From Lachnospiraceae bacterium (lineage in GTDB: Bacteria > Bacillota > Clostridia > Lachnospirales > Lachnospiraceae): DNA of 64,000 nt. The notes below the pieces were generated by a model. That model ran no database searches. It saw nothing but the letters and a program-made list of their open reading frames with translations, and had not been told where the DNA came from. The position numbers and the translations under genes were made by a program. Below, piece after piece: positions 9,059 to 18,386 of the stretch (within the stretch, counting starts at the first letter, position 1; every line of letters begins with the position of its first letter). The stretch covers positions 54,786 to 118,785 of the forward strand of contig JBGVQN010000009.1 of NCBI GenBank assembly GCA_045127535.1, in the 5' to 3' direction.

Positions 9059-10189
9059 ATGCAGTATAGAGAGTTTGGTTCCACAGGTGAAAAGGTGTCT
9101 GCACTGGGGTACGGATGTATGAGACTTCCGTTGTTAGATCCAAAGGATGGTAAGTCCATTAATGAGGCAGAAGCCATCCGCATGATCCGCACCGCCATTG
9201 ATGCCGGTCTGAATTATGTAGATACCGCCTATCCATACCACGACGGTGAAAGCGAAAGACTGGTAGGCAAGGCATTAAAGGACGGGTATCGTGAAAGAGT
9301 CTTTCTGGCCACCAAGCTGCCAATGTGGATGGTACATAAGACAGAGGATTTTGATCTGTACTTAAATGAGCAGTTAGGAAAGTTAGACACAGACCACATA
9401 GATATGTACATGCTGCATGCCATGGACAAGAGCCGCTATGAGGAGATGTGCAAATATCATTTGACAGACAAGCTGACAGAAGCCAAGGCCTCCGGCAAGA
9501 TTCGTTATGCAGGATTTTCCTTCCATGATGATGCAGAGACCTTCCGCACCATCATTGACGCATATGACTGGGATTTCTGCCAGATTCAGATGAACTATAT
9601 TGATGTCAACAATCAGGCAACCATAGCAGGTATGGAGTATGCAGCGTCTAAGGGCATTGCAGTGATCATTATGGAGCCTCTGTTAGGAGGCAAGCTGGCA
9701 AATCCGCCAAAGCAGGTAGCCAAGGCGCTTTCTCCGGAAAAGACAGCAGTAGAATGGGCGCTGGATTTCCTCTGGAACCGTCCGGAGGTCAGTGTGATCT
9801 TGAGCGGTATGAGCGATATGCAGCAGACCATGGACAATATGCTTTATGCAGACCGCTCTGCAGCAGGCATGCTTTCTGATGCAGAGCTGGAGATGTTTGT
9901 CCAGGCCAAGGAGATCTACGATACCAAGGCAGTGGTGCCATGTACCAAGTGCCGCTACTGTATGCCATGTCCATTTGGACTGGATATCCCGGAATTGTTT
10001 GAGTCCTATAACCGTACTGCCACTCAAGGTATGAAGGAGGCACGCAAGCTGTATGACAGCATGGAGGTAAAGGCAGATGCCTGCCGCAAGTGCCACCGCT
10101 GTGAAAAAGAGTGTCCACAGCACATCAAGATCAGTGAAACTATGGAAGAACTGGCAGGTGTTTTTGCAGAGGAATCATGCTGTGACTAA
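9059..10189 (+). CDS. aldo/keto reductase fused to C-terminal 4Fe-4S ferredoxin-like domain
   Basis: An AKR N-terminus with a YDTAxxY-like motif, and two Cys clusters, CTKCRYCMPCP and CRKCHRCEKECP. An RBS, AAAGGAG, precedes the start. Confidence 0.8.
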   Translation: MQYREFGSTGEKVSALGYGCMRLPLLDPKDGKSINEAEAIRMIRTAIDAGLNYVDTAYPYHDGESERLVGKALKDGYRERVFLATKLPMWMVHKTEDFDLYLNEQLGKLDTDHIDMYMLHAMDKSRYEEMCKYHLTDKLTEAKASGKIRYAGFSFHDDAETFRTIIDAYDWDFCQIQMNYIDVNNQATIAGMEYAASKGIAVIIMEPLLGGKLANPPKQVAKALSPEKTAVEWALDFLWNRPEVSVILSGMSDMQQTMDNMLYADRSAAGMLSDAELEMFVQAKEIYDTKAVVPCTKCRYCMPCPFGLDIPELFESYNRTATQGMKEARKLYDSMEVKADACRKCHRCEKECPQHIKISETMEELAGVFAEESCCD

Positions 10190-10405
10190 AAGGTTTCAAA
10201 ATTGCCTGCAAAAAATCCTGATCATGATACAAAAAGAACCAGAAAGTGAAAATTTTATCATGAAAAAGACCAATTATCGTAAGAGAAGCGTAAAGATATT
10301 GTGTATATCCTATGCTAAAATTACCCTATATCAATAGAAGAAACAGATAGTTGCGTTTCATCACCACCTGGAAAAAGTATCAGTGATGTGATATAAGGAT
10401 AGCGC

Positions 10406-10843
10406 ATGGAGAAAGGCTCGGATGGGTATATGTCAATATTATTATGGGTGATGCTTGCCATGATGACCGTCATCGGTTATTTTTGCAACGGTGCAATTGG
10501 AAATCATGCACTGATTGGTAATTTTCTGGTTTCTGTAGTGCTGATTCTGGCATGGGGGTATTATATTGCTTTTGGAATAAAATCCAAATGTGGATATAAG
10601 ATCACACTGGGATATTGTTTTTTGATCTTTGCAGCAGCAATGATACAGCTTGTGTTGTCTTTCAATGACAGAAACAGCATTTTATGGACAGTCTGCAGCA
10701 TGTTGATTGCACCATTTCAAGGAATGCAATATATTGCCAGTTCTGCGCTGCAGTTTTATGCTGTGGTTGGAGTGGTGTCACTGACAGGAATAGCAGGCAG
10801 CATTTATAAACTGTGGAAAAAAGAGACAGATAAGAGACAATGA
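10406..10843 (+). CDS. small integral membrane protein, function unknown
   Basis: A 145-aa product with four predicted TM helices. It overlaps the downstream start. Confidence 0.45.
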   Translation: MEKGSDGYMSILLWVMLAMMTVIGYFCNGAIGNHALIGNFLVSVVLILAWGYYIAFGIKSKCGYKITLGYCFLIFAAAMIQLVLSFNDRNSILWTVCSMLIAPFQGMQYIASSALQFYAVVGVVSLTGIAGSIYKLWKKETDKRQ

Positions 10844-11634
10844 AAAAATTATTTTTATTTGATATTGACGGAACCATTGCCATTGACAATGACTTGTTAG
10901 ATGGAACAATGGATTTACTGAACTATATTGATGGAATTGGAGGAAAGGCAATTTATATTACCAATAATTCCACCAAAAGCAGAAAAGATTATATAGAAAA
11001 GTTTGCCTGCTGGAAAATTTCTGCGGCAGCAGATCAGTTTATTACGGCTTCTTATGCAACAGCAGTATATTTGCGGGAGCATCATATGCAGGATAAGATT
11101 TTTGTACTGGGAACGGCTTCTCTGGTGAAGGAGCTGAGAGAAGAAGGGTTTCTGGTGACAGAAGAGGCAGAGCCGGATGTGGCAGCTGTGCTGGTTGGAT
11201 TTGACAATGAACTGACCTACAGCAAAGTGGAAAAAGCCTGCCAATTGCTATTGACCCATCCGGATATGCCGTATCTGGCAACCAATCCGGATTTATGCTG
11301 TCCCACCAGTTTTGGCAGCGTGCCGGACTGCGGTGCGATCTGCAGGCTGTTAGAGTGTGCAGTAGGCAGACAACCAGTGTATCTTGGGAAACCAAGTCCC
11401 AATATTGTACAGCTTTGCCTGGAGCAGACAGGCTTTGCAGCAGAAGAAACATTGGTAGTAGGAGACCGGCTGTATACAGATATTGCCTGTGGATTGAATG
11501 CAGGAGTGGATACTGCAGTGGTATTTACAGGAGAAGCCAGACCAGAAGATTGTGTGGAGACAGAATATAAACCTACGTATGCATTTCCTACAGTAAGAGA
11601 GCTGTATGAATGGTGTTTCGAAGGAAAACTGTAG
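10840..11634 (+). CDS. HAD-IIA family hydrolase (NagD-like sugar-phosphatase)
   Basis: The N-terminus FLFDIDGT is HAD motif I, and the C-terminus VGDRLYTDI is motif IV. Confidence 0.7.
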   Translation: MKKLFLFDIDGTIAIDNDLLDGTMDLLNYIDGIGGKAIYITNNSTKSRKDYIEKFACWKISAAADQFITASYATAVYLREHHMQDKIFVLGTASLVKELREEGFLVTEEAEPDVAAVLVGFDNELTYSKVEKACQLLLTHPDMPYLATNPDLCCPTSFGSVPDCGAICRLLECAVGRQPVYLGKPSPNIVQLCLEQTGFAAEETLVVGDRLYTDIACGLNAGVDTAVVFTGEARPEDCVETEYKPTYAFPTVRELYEWCFEGKL

Positions 11635-11781
11635 CATCCACGTACTTATAAAAAGATATTCTGGGGAAAATCATCATACAGATAGGTCTGAAAAAATGGA
11701 ACCAAAAGAACTGCATCTGTATATACATAATTTTCTAAAAAAAGGCTATACTGATTCATAAATGTCCCTTTGGAGGAACTT

Positions 11782-12762
11782 ATGAAAAAGATAGCCTTTT
11801 TTGATGCAAAATCATATGACAAGATCTGGTTTGACCATTGGAATAATGGACGTTTTCAGATCAAATACCTGGAAAATAAGCTGACAGCAGATACAGTATC
11901 CATGGCAGCAGGATATGATGCAGTCTGTGCTTTTGTCAATGACAATTTGGATAAGACGGTCATTGACAGTCTGTACAGGGAAGGGATCCGGGTAGTTGGC
12001 ATGCGTTGTACCGGATACAACAATGTAGATCTGCAGGCAGCAGCAGGGCAGGTTGCCATCCTCAGGGTGCCAGCTTATTCTCCCTATGCAGTAGCAGAAC
12101 ATGCCATTGCCATGTTACAGACCTTGAACCGGAAGATCCACAAAGCTTATATCCGTACCAGAGATTACAATTTCAGCCTGGAACGCCTGATTGGATTTGA
12201 TTTACATGGAAAAACAGTAGGAGTGATCGGAACCGGACAGATTGGAAGGGTCTTTGTACAGATTTGCAACGGGTTTGGCATGAAGGTACTGGCATATGAC
12301 CCATATCCAGTGGAAAATCTGGCAGCAGAATATGTACCATTGGAGCGGATTTTTAAAGAAAGCGATATCATTTCTCTTCATTGTCCTTTGACAGAAGACT
12401 CACGTCACATCATCAACGCAGACAGTCTTGGACAAATGAAGAAAAATACCATATTGATCAATACATCCAGAGGCGCCCTGGTTGACTCAAGAGCGCTGGT
12501 GGATGCGCTGGAAAATGGTCAGATAGCAGGAGCCTGCCTGGATGTATATGAAGAAGAAACCAGTCTGTTTTTTGAAGACAATTCCAATGAAACCAGAAGA
12601 GATGAGGTGCTGGTAAAGATCGTGTCTATGCCAAATGTGATCCTGACCTCTCATCAGGCATATCTGACCCATGAAGCATTAAGCAACATTGCCAGTACCA
12701 CTCTTCAGAATCTGGAAGACTATTTTGACGGAAAAGAACTGAAAAATGCAATCAAAGCTTGA
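11782..12762 (+). CDS. ldhA: D-lactate dehydrogenase / D-isomer-specific 2-hydroxyacid dehydrogenase
   Basis: The product appears collinear with fermentative LdhA in a by-eye comparison; it carries VPAYSPYAVAEHA, the NAD-binding GxGxxG motif, and the catalytic R, E and H context. An RBS, GGAGG, lies 5 nt before the ATG at 11782. Confidence 0.8.
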   Translation: MKKIAFFDAKSYDKIWFDHWNNGRFQIKYLENKLTADTVSMAAGYDAVCAFVNDNLDKTVIDSLYREGIRVVGMRCTGYNNVDLQAAAGQVAILRVPAYSPYAVAEHAIAMLQTLNRKIHKAYIRTRDYNFSLERLIGFDLHGKTVGVIGTGQIGRVFVQICNGFGMKVLAYDPYPVENLAAEYVPLERIFKESDIISLHCPLTEDSRHIINADSLGQMKKNTILINTSRGALVDSRALVDALENGQIAGACLDVYEEETSLFFEDNSNETRRDEVLVKIVSMPNVILTSHQAYLTHEALSNIASTTLQNLEDYFDGKELKNAIKA

Positions 12763-12805
12763 TTGCTGCAGGAATCAGGCTTGACAGAAAACAGAATGGC
12801 TTTGA

Positions 12806-13843
12806 TTACAGGTCTAATTTTAAATCACCTTCACGGATCCAGTCTATTCTGCGGAAGAACAGGCCGATTGCCCAGGTGAGCACTGCCGGCAGTAAAAAGC
12901 TGATTAAAATCAGTCCTGCCCAGTCAAAAGCAGTAATCATATGACCTGTCTCTAACCATCCGGTGTATACGCCGATCTGTCCTACCAGACCGCAGGTGCC
13001 CATACCGGAGGAAATGGCAGCACCGTTCATTTTCAGATGGAAAATGCAGGTAGCAATAGGGCCTGTAATGGCAGAGCAGATGATTGGAGGAAGCCAGATT
13101 CGGGGATTTTTTACAATATTGCCCATCTGCAGCATAGAAGTACCAATCCCCTGTGCCAGCAGACCGCCCCATTTGTTTTCCCGGAAGCTCATTACTGCAA
13201 AGCCTACCATCTGGGCACAGCAGCCTGCTACAGCAGCGCCTCCAGCCAGACCGGTTAAGGACAGGGCGGCACAGATGGCAGCACTGCTGATGGGCAGAGT
13301 CAGGGCAATCCCCACCACAACAGATACAACAATACCCATAAGGAATGGCTGCTGCTCCGTTGCCCACATGATGATCTGGCCTACGGAAGAAGCAGCTTTT
13401 CCTATGTACGGTGCAACATAAATGGAAAGAAGGCAGCCAATGGTAATGGTAACCAGAGGGGTTACAATAATATCGATCTTGGTTTCTTTTGAAACTGCCT
13501 TACCAAATTCTGCGGAAATAATGGTGATGACCAGTACTGCCAAAGGGCCTCCTGCACCGCCGCAGGTACAGGCGGCACCACCTACAGCTGCAAGAGAAAA
13601 GAGTACCAGTGGAGGGCACTGGAGAGCGTAGCCAATGGAAATGGCCATTGCATAGCCCTGGGCGCCGGAGGCATATCCCCCGATTTCTACTAACAGGTCA
13701 ATGCCAAGCTGCTGTCCAAGTGTCTTAATAATGGTACCAATTAACAGGGAAGCAAAGAGACCCTGAGCCATGGCACCTAATGCATCAATACCGTAACGTT
13801 TTGCAGAGAAAACAATATTTTTCCGCTTGAGAAATTCTTTCAT
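12806..13843 (-). CDS. integral membrane permease, possibly PTS EIIC-like family
   Basis: About 10 TM segments with Gly/Ala-rich helices. The start is at MKEFLKRK with the RBS AAGGAAG. The family assignment rests on recollection only. Confidence 0.4.
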   Translation of the reverse strand: MKEFLKRKNIVFSAKRYGIDALGAMAQGLFASLLIGTIIKTLGQQLGIDLLVEIGGYASGAQGYAMAISIGYALQCPPLVLFSLAAVGGAACTCGGAGGPLAVLVITIISAEFGKAVSKETKIDIIVTPLVTITIGCLLSIYVAPYIGKAASSVGQIIMWATEQQPFLMGIVVSVVVGIALTLPISSAAICAALSLTGLAGGAAVAGCCAQMVGFAVMSFRENKWGGLLAQGIGTSMLQMGNIVKNPRIWLPPIICSAITGPIATCIFHLKMNGAAISSGMGTCGLVGQIGVYTGWLETGHMITAFDWAGLILISFLLPAVLTWAIGLFFRRIDWIREGDLKLDL

Positions 13844-14163
13844 AAAAAACACTTCCTTTGTTAAAAAAATAACAATACAGGCTATAAAAAAGTACCACTG
13901 GGAATGACGGGGCACATTACCGTACATTTGTGGTACATTCCTGGTAATTTATCCGCAAAAAGCCATTTTTACAAAGGCCGGATACTATAAATTGCTGCAT
14001 GTTGTGACTTAGTGTAGCATAGGACAGCTGCCTTGGCAACTATTTTTTGGTAAAAATTGAAAAAATTTCGTCTGTTTTTTGTTAAAAGGTTAACAAAAAA
14101 ACCCATTCACAAGGACAGGTAATACAGCATAGACTAAAGCAAAGTGATGTCGCAGGTGGCTGT

Positions 14164-14808
14164 TTGAAAACATTTCCCCAACCGCTGACGGCTAAAGAAG
14201 AAAAGAGGTATTTAGAAGAATTTCGGAAGGGTGATCAGGCTGCAAAGGACATCTTAATAGAGCGGAATATGCGGCTGGTTGCCCATATGGTAAAAAAGTA
14301 CACGGTAACAGACAGAGAGATGGAAGATTTGATTTCCGTAGGAAGCATCGGCCTCATTAAGGCTGTGCATACCTTTGATCCGGAAAAAGGCAGCCGTCTG
14401 GGTACCTATGCCGCCAAATGTATTGACAATGAAATCCTCATGCTGCTGCGCTCCCAGAAAAAACAAAGCAGAGAGGTCAGCCTACAGGAGCCGGTAGGCA
14501 TAGACAAAGAGGGCAATGAGATCACATTGTTAGATCTGTTGGAATCAGAGGGAGAACCCATAGAGCTTTTGTATGCCAGGAAAGAGTCCATTGTGCGGAT
14601 GGCAGCAGCATTCCAGACCTGTCTTACAGAGAAGGAAAAAACGGTGATCCGTATGCGGTATGGCTTGGATGGAAAGGCAGAGGCAACTCAGAGAGAAATT
14701 GCAGCCAGACTGGGTATTTCCCGGTCTTACGTCAGCCGGATCGAAAAATGCGCTCTGCAGAAAATGCGTACAGAGATGGAGAAAAAAGGGCACAGCAATC
14801 CCTTGTAG
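14164..14808 (+). CDS. sigK: sporulation sigma factor SigK (sigma-27), encoded without N-terminal pro-sequence
   Basis: The product appears collinear with mature B. subtilis SigK in a by-eye comparison (FPQPL...GDxxA...LRLVAHIVKK...GISRSYVSRIEK). It starts at TTG 14164, with the RBS AGGTGG 5 nt upstream. There is no in-frame ATG upstream before the stop at 14083. Confidence 0.85.
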   Translation: MKTFPQPLTAKEEKRYLEEFRKGDQAAKDILIERNMRLVAHMVKKYTVTDREMEDLISVGSIGLIKAVHTFDPEKGSRLGTYAAKCIDNEILMLLRSQKKQSREVSLQEPVGIDKEGNEITLLDLLESEGEPIELLYARKESIVRMAAAFQTCLTEKEKTVIRMRYGLDGKAEATQREIAARLGISRSYVSRIEKCALQKMRTEMEKKGHSNPL

Positions 14809-14920
14809 TTTCATGGAAAACATTGTATACTGAAACGGAGGGAATTACAAAAGCAGGGTATGTAAACGCTGCGTGAATAACCTTGAAGACTCTTTTGAAA
14901 GATACAGAGGAATCTATAAT

Positions 14921-15661
14921 ATGATAGATATGCACATTCATATCGTTCCAGGCATTGATGATGGTGCCAGAACAACAGAGGAAGCCCGCCGTATGCTGCT
15001 GCAGGCAGCAGATGGCGGTACCACAGGAATGATTGTGACCCCTCATTGTAATATAGAGGGGTATTTTGAAAATTTTGAAAGCCCCAGGTTAGAAGCGGCA
15101 TTTCAAAGCTTTGCTGAACTGGCAAAGCAGACGGTACCGAATATGAAGATTGGTTTTGGACAGGAAGTATACGGTACATTTGAGGCACCGGAGCTCATAC
15201 GGGAAGGGAGACTGCGTACTTTACATAACAGCAGATATGTATTAATGGAGTTTCCATTTGACGGCAGTTTTGGATACATGACGGAAATTCTCATGCGCAC
15301 CTGTGATTATGGATTTGTATCTGTGGTAGCACATCCGGAGCGATATGACGTGATACAGGAAGTACCATGGAAAGTAGAAGACTGGGTAGATGCAGGACTT
15401 TGCATTCAGGTGAATAAAGGCAGTATCCTGGGCCGTTTTGGTTCCAGACCCTATTATGCAGCAGAATATCTGCTGCAGCATGGACTGGTTCATCTGTCTG
15501 CCAGTGATGCCCACCGCACCAATACCCGGACTGCTTATTTAAATGAGCTTAGGAGCGTATTAAACCGAGATTATGGACGGGCTATTACACAGATGATGTT
15601 AGAGGAGAATCCTGACCGCATCTGGAATAATCAGGAGCTGTTATTGCCAAAGGATTTGTGA
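14921..15661 (+). CDS. CpsB/YwqE-family protein-tyrosine phosphatase (PHP domain)
   Basis: The N-terminus reads MIDMHIHIVPGIDDGA, which is a PHP-domain signature. An alternative start lies at 14873. Confidence 0.65.
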   Translation: MIDMHIHIVPGIDDGARTTEEARRMLLQAADGGTTGMIVTPHCNIEGYFENFESPRLEAAFQSFAELAKQTVPNMKIGFGQEVYGTFEAPELIREGRLRTLHNSRYVLMEFPFDGSFGYMTEILMRTCDYGFVSVVAHPERYDVIQEVPWKVEDWVDAGLCIQVNKGSILGRFGSRPYYAAEYLLQHGLVHLSASDAHRTNTRTAYLNELRSVLNRDYGRAITQMMLEENPDRIWNNQELLLPKDL

Positions 15662-15730
15662 TGATCCTGAAAATGTCCGGTAATGTGTTTCACAATTGCC
15701 TAATCCTTTATTAAAGTGAAAGGAAACAAC

Positions 15731-16687
15731 ATGAGAAAAGAATACAAAGTACCTTCCAGCGCAGGAAACCAGATGCTGCGTACAGTAATCTGGACTCCTG
15801 CAAAAAGACCCAAGGCAGCAGTGGTAATGCTGCACGGTATGCTTGAGCACATTGACCGTTATGAGGAATTTGCTCTGTATCTGTGTGACCAGGGGTATGC
15901 AGCTGCAGGTTATGACCAGCTGGGTCATGGAAAAACTGTCATGCATCAGAAAGATCTGGGCTTTTTTGCAGAAAAGCATGGAGAAAAGATTCTCATCCAG
16001 GATATACAGAGGGTGGTCTCCTGTACCAAAAAGTTGTTTCCAGGTGTCCCGGTAGTGTTGTTTGGACATAGCATGGGTTCCTTTTTTGTGCGGAAATATG
16101 TGACTGTTTATGGAAAGGAAATAGATGGTGCAGTATTTTGCGGAACCGGTTCCACACCTATGCCTGTCTTGCTGGCAGGACTTGCAGCAGCACGGTTTTT
16201 GAAAGTGGTGAAAGGGAGTCATTACCGCAGCAGCTTTTTGCACAATCAGGTATTTGAGGGGAACAACCGGCAGATTGAAAATCCCCAGACAGAGAAGGAC
16301 TGGCTGACCAAAGATCCGGACAAGCTTCGGGAAAATATGGAGGACCCTTATTGTAATTTCATGTTTACTGCCAGTGCATATGCAGATTTTATGAAAATTA
16401 TGATGGATCTGCAAAGAAAGAAGGGCCTGAGCCATATGCCAAAGGACTTGCCGATCCTTATGATTGCAGGGGGCCAGGACCCGGTGGGACATCAGGGAGA
16501 GGATGTGGCAGCGTTGTGTGATTTGTTCCGGGAGATCGGGATGGAGCAGGTAACCTTGATCCTCTGTGAAGAAGACAGGCATGAGATTTTAAATGAAACA
16601 AACAGGCAGGCCGTATACCGCCAGATTGATCAGTGGATGGATACGTTCCTGAAAGAAAAAGGTATTGCGGAAAGAGGTAACAGATGA
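15731..16687 (+). CDS. alpha/beta hydrolase (lysophospholipase/monoacylglycerol lipase-like)
   Basis: A GHSMGS nucleophile elbow is present. An RBS, AAAGGAAA, precedes the ATG at 15731. Confidence 0.7.
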   Translation: MRKEYKVPSSAGNQMLRTVIWTPAKRPKAAVVMLHGMLEHIDRYEEFALYLCDQGYAAAGYDQLGHGKTVMHQKDLGFFAEKHGEKILIQDIQRVVSCTKKLFPGVPVVLFGHSMGSFFVRKYVTVYGKEIDGAVFCGTGSTPMPVLLAGLAAARFLKVVKGSHYRSSFLHNQVFEGNNRQIENPQTEKDWLTKDPDKLRENMEDPYCNFMFTASAYADFMKIMMDLQRKKGLSHMPKDLPILMIAGGQDPVGHQGEDVAALCDLFREIGMEQVTLILCEEDRHEILNETNRQAVYRQIDQWMDTFLKEKGIAERGNR

Positions 16688-17301
16688 TTCGTACAATTGT
16701 ATTGGATATTGGTATGGTATTGGTAGACTTTCCCTGGAGAAAGTATGTAAAAAGCTTTGGATTTTCCCAGGAAAAAGAGGAAAAAATCGTTCAGGCAGTT
16801 TTTGAAAATCCAAACTGGAATGAGTTTGACAGAGGTGTACTGGCAGATGAAGAGATTTTGGATCTGTTTAGCCAGGCGGCTCCAGACTGCGAAGAGGAGA
16901 TTCACAGGATTTTTGCCGGTCCTATAGAGCAGATGGTTGAAGAATATCCATTTGCAGCTGCCTGGGTACAGGAGTTAAAGGCAGCGGGGTATCAGGTATT
17001 GCTGCTTTCTAATTTTGGCAGTACCTTATTTAGCCGGATGCATTTTCAGTTCCTCCCTTATGCGGATGGCGGCATTATTTCCTTCAAAGTGAAATGCATC
17101 AAACCAGATCCCCAGATTTACCATATTTTAATGAAGAAATATGGACTTACGGGGGAGGAAATTCTGTTTTTGGATGATAATCCTGCCAATATTAAAGCTG
17201 CCCAGGCAGAGGGATGGAACACCATATGGTCTCCTGACCATAAAACTGCCCTGGAAGGTCTGGAATCATATGGCATTCTCTGCAGCGCCGGCAGAGAATA
17301 A
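16684..17301 (+). CDS. HAD superfamily hydrolase
   Basis: VLDIGMVLVDF is HAD motif I and the C-terminus carries LFLDDNPANI. The start overlaps the upstream gene by 4 nt. Confidence 0.65.
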   Translation: MIRTIVLDIGMVLVDFPWRKYVKSFGFSQEKEEKIVQAVFENPNWNEFDRGVLADEEILDLFSQAAPDCEEEIHRIFAGPIEQMVEEYPFAAAWVQELKAAGYQVLLLSNFGSTLFSRMHFQFLPYADGGIISFKVKCIKPDPQIYHILMKKYGLTGEEILFLDDNPANIKAAQAEGWNTIWSPDHKTALEGLESYGILCSAGRE

Positions 17302-17318
17302 ATGAGAGGAGGGACAGA

Positions 17319-18005
17319 ATGTACCAGCATTTGCAAAAAGAAACATATACATTTGAAGATTTGAAAGAGATTATTGCAGCATTGAGAAGCGAAAATGGCT
17401 GCCCATGGGACAAGGTACAGACGCATGAAAGCTTGAAAGGATGTATGAAAGAGGAAGCTTATGAGGTGATTGAAGCCATTGATGAGCTTAAGGAAGATAG
17501 AAAAGGGGAGCATCTGCGTGAGGAACTGGGAGATGTATTGCTGCAGGTGATGATGCACAGCCAGATTGCCAGTGAGCAGCAGCATTTTACAGTGGAGGAT
17601 GTGGTGCAGGAAGTTGCAGAAAAGATGGTGCGCAGACATCCACACGTATTTGGAACCATCTCTGCAGATACACCAGAGGCAGCACTGGATACCTGGGAAC
17701 AGGCCAAGGAAAAGGAAAAAGGCAAATCTGCAGATAAGTCATCAGAAATGGAACGGGTGGCCAAGGCGCTTCCAGCGCTGATTCGCTGTCAGAAAGTACT
17801 GAAAAAGGGCGGTCTGGTAACAGATAAAAAGACTGCTTTCACAAGATTGACAGAGACGATACAGGCAATGGGTGAAGAACCTGATGAAACGCAGATCGGG
17901 CAGCTGCTGGCAGAGACAGTGAATCTGGCTGCATCCCGGAAAATTTCCAGTGAGGATGCTCTGATCAGAACCATAGAAAGTATCATTGCAGAGGCAAAGG
18001 AATGA
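17319..18005 (+). CDS. mazG: MazG nucleoside triphosphate pyrophosphohydrolase
   Basis: An EExxE motif in EEAYEVIEAIDE, and the tandem-domain architecture of MazG. Confidence 0.8.
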   Translation: MYQHLQKETYTFEDLKEIIAALRSENGCPWDKVQTHESLKGCMKEEAYEVIEAIDELKEDRKGEHLREELGDVLLQVMMHSQIASEQQHFTVEDVVQEVAEKMVRRHPHVFGTISADTPEAALDTWEQAKEKEKGKSADKSSEMERVAKALPALIRCQKVLKKGGLVTDKKTAFTRLTETIQAMGEEPDETQIGQLLAETVNLAASRKISSEDALIRTIESIIAEAKE

Positions 18006-18085
18006 AACCAATGCTTTTGAAAATTGCTGTGATATCAGGTATAGTGATTATCAGGAAAATAGAACGGAAAAGGAGGTGATTGCCA

Positions 18086-18172
18086 TGTCAGGAAAATTCA
18101 GTGATTACAATTGCATTATTTATCTACAGAACAGACAGGCGCAGTCATCTCTGTGTATGAGAATCGGTTAGA
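18086..18172 (+). CDS. possible 28-aa small protein
   Basis: A strong RBS, AAGGAGGTGAT, lies 4 nt before the ATG. The ORF ends just before a rho-independent terminator. Confidence 0.25.
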
Positions 18173-18219
18173 CCGCAAATAGGTTGCAGCTATTTGGTTC
18201 TTTTACGTGATAGAAAAAA

Positions 18220-18252
18220 TGGGCACCTCATTGTTGAGGTGTCTTTTTTGCG
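18220..18252 (+). terminator. rho-independent terminator after mazG region
   Basis: Hairpin GCACCTCA-ttgt-TGAGGTGTC followed by TTTTTTG. Confidence 0.6.
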
Positions 18253-18386
18253 CCTTTTTTTAGGCAAAAAAAGGTAAGGTGTTTCACAATCGCTGTTTTC
18301 AAAAAAGAATAAAGGTTGACAAAATACGACACTGGTTATAATATATAGCTATCAGCATAAAAATATAACCAAAAGGGAATGATATA

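Noticed and set aside
12924-13421. Several Cys/Gly-rich ORFs on both strands (12924-13367 minus, 12963-13421 plus) inside the membrane-permease gene
   Set aside because: They are frame artefacts of a Gly/Ala-codon-rich membrane gene. The 12806-13843 frame alone gives regular TM helices and has an RBS.
13931-14163. Attempt to call a sigma-E-type promoter (CATAgAcT) upstream of sigK
   Set aside because: Only a partial -10 match, CATAGACT, and no convincing -35 at the right spacing. Not supportable without transcription start data.
17986-18171. 61-aa ORF overlapping the mazG stop
   Set aside because: No RBS, and an out-of-context composition. The shorter 28-aa ORF at 18086 with a strong RBS is the only plausible coding candidate there, and even that is speculative.
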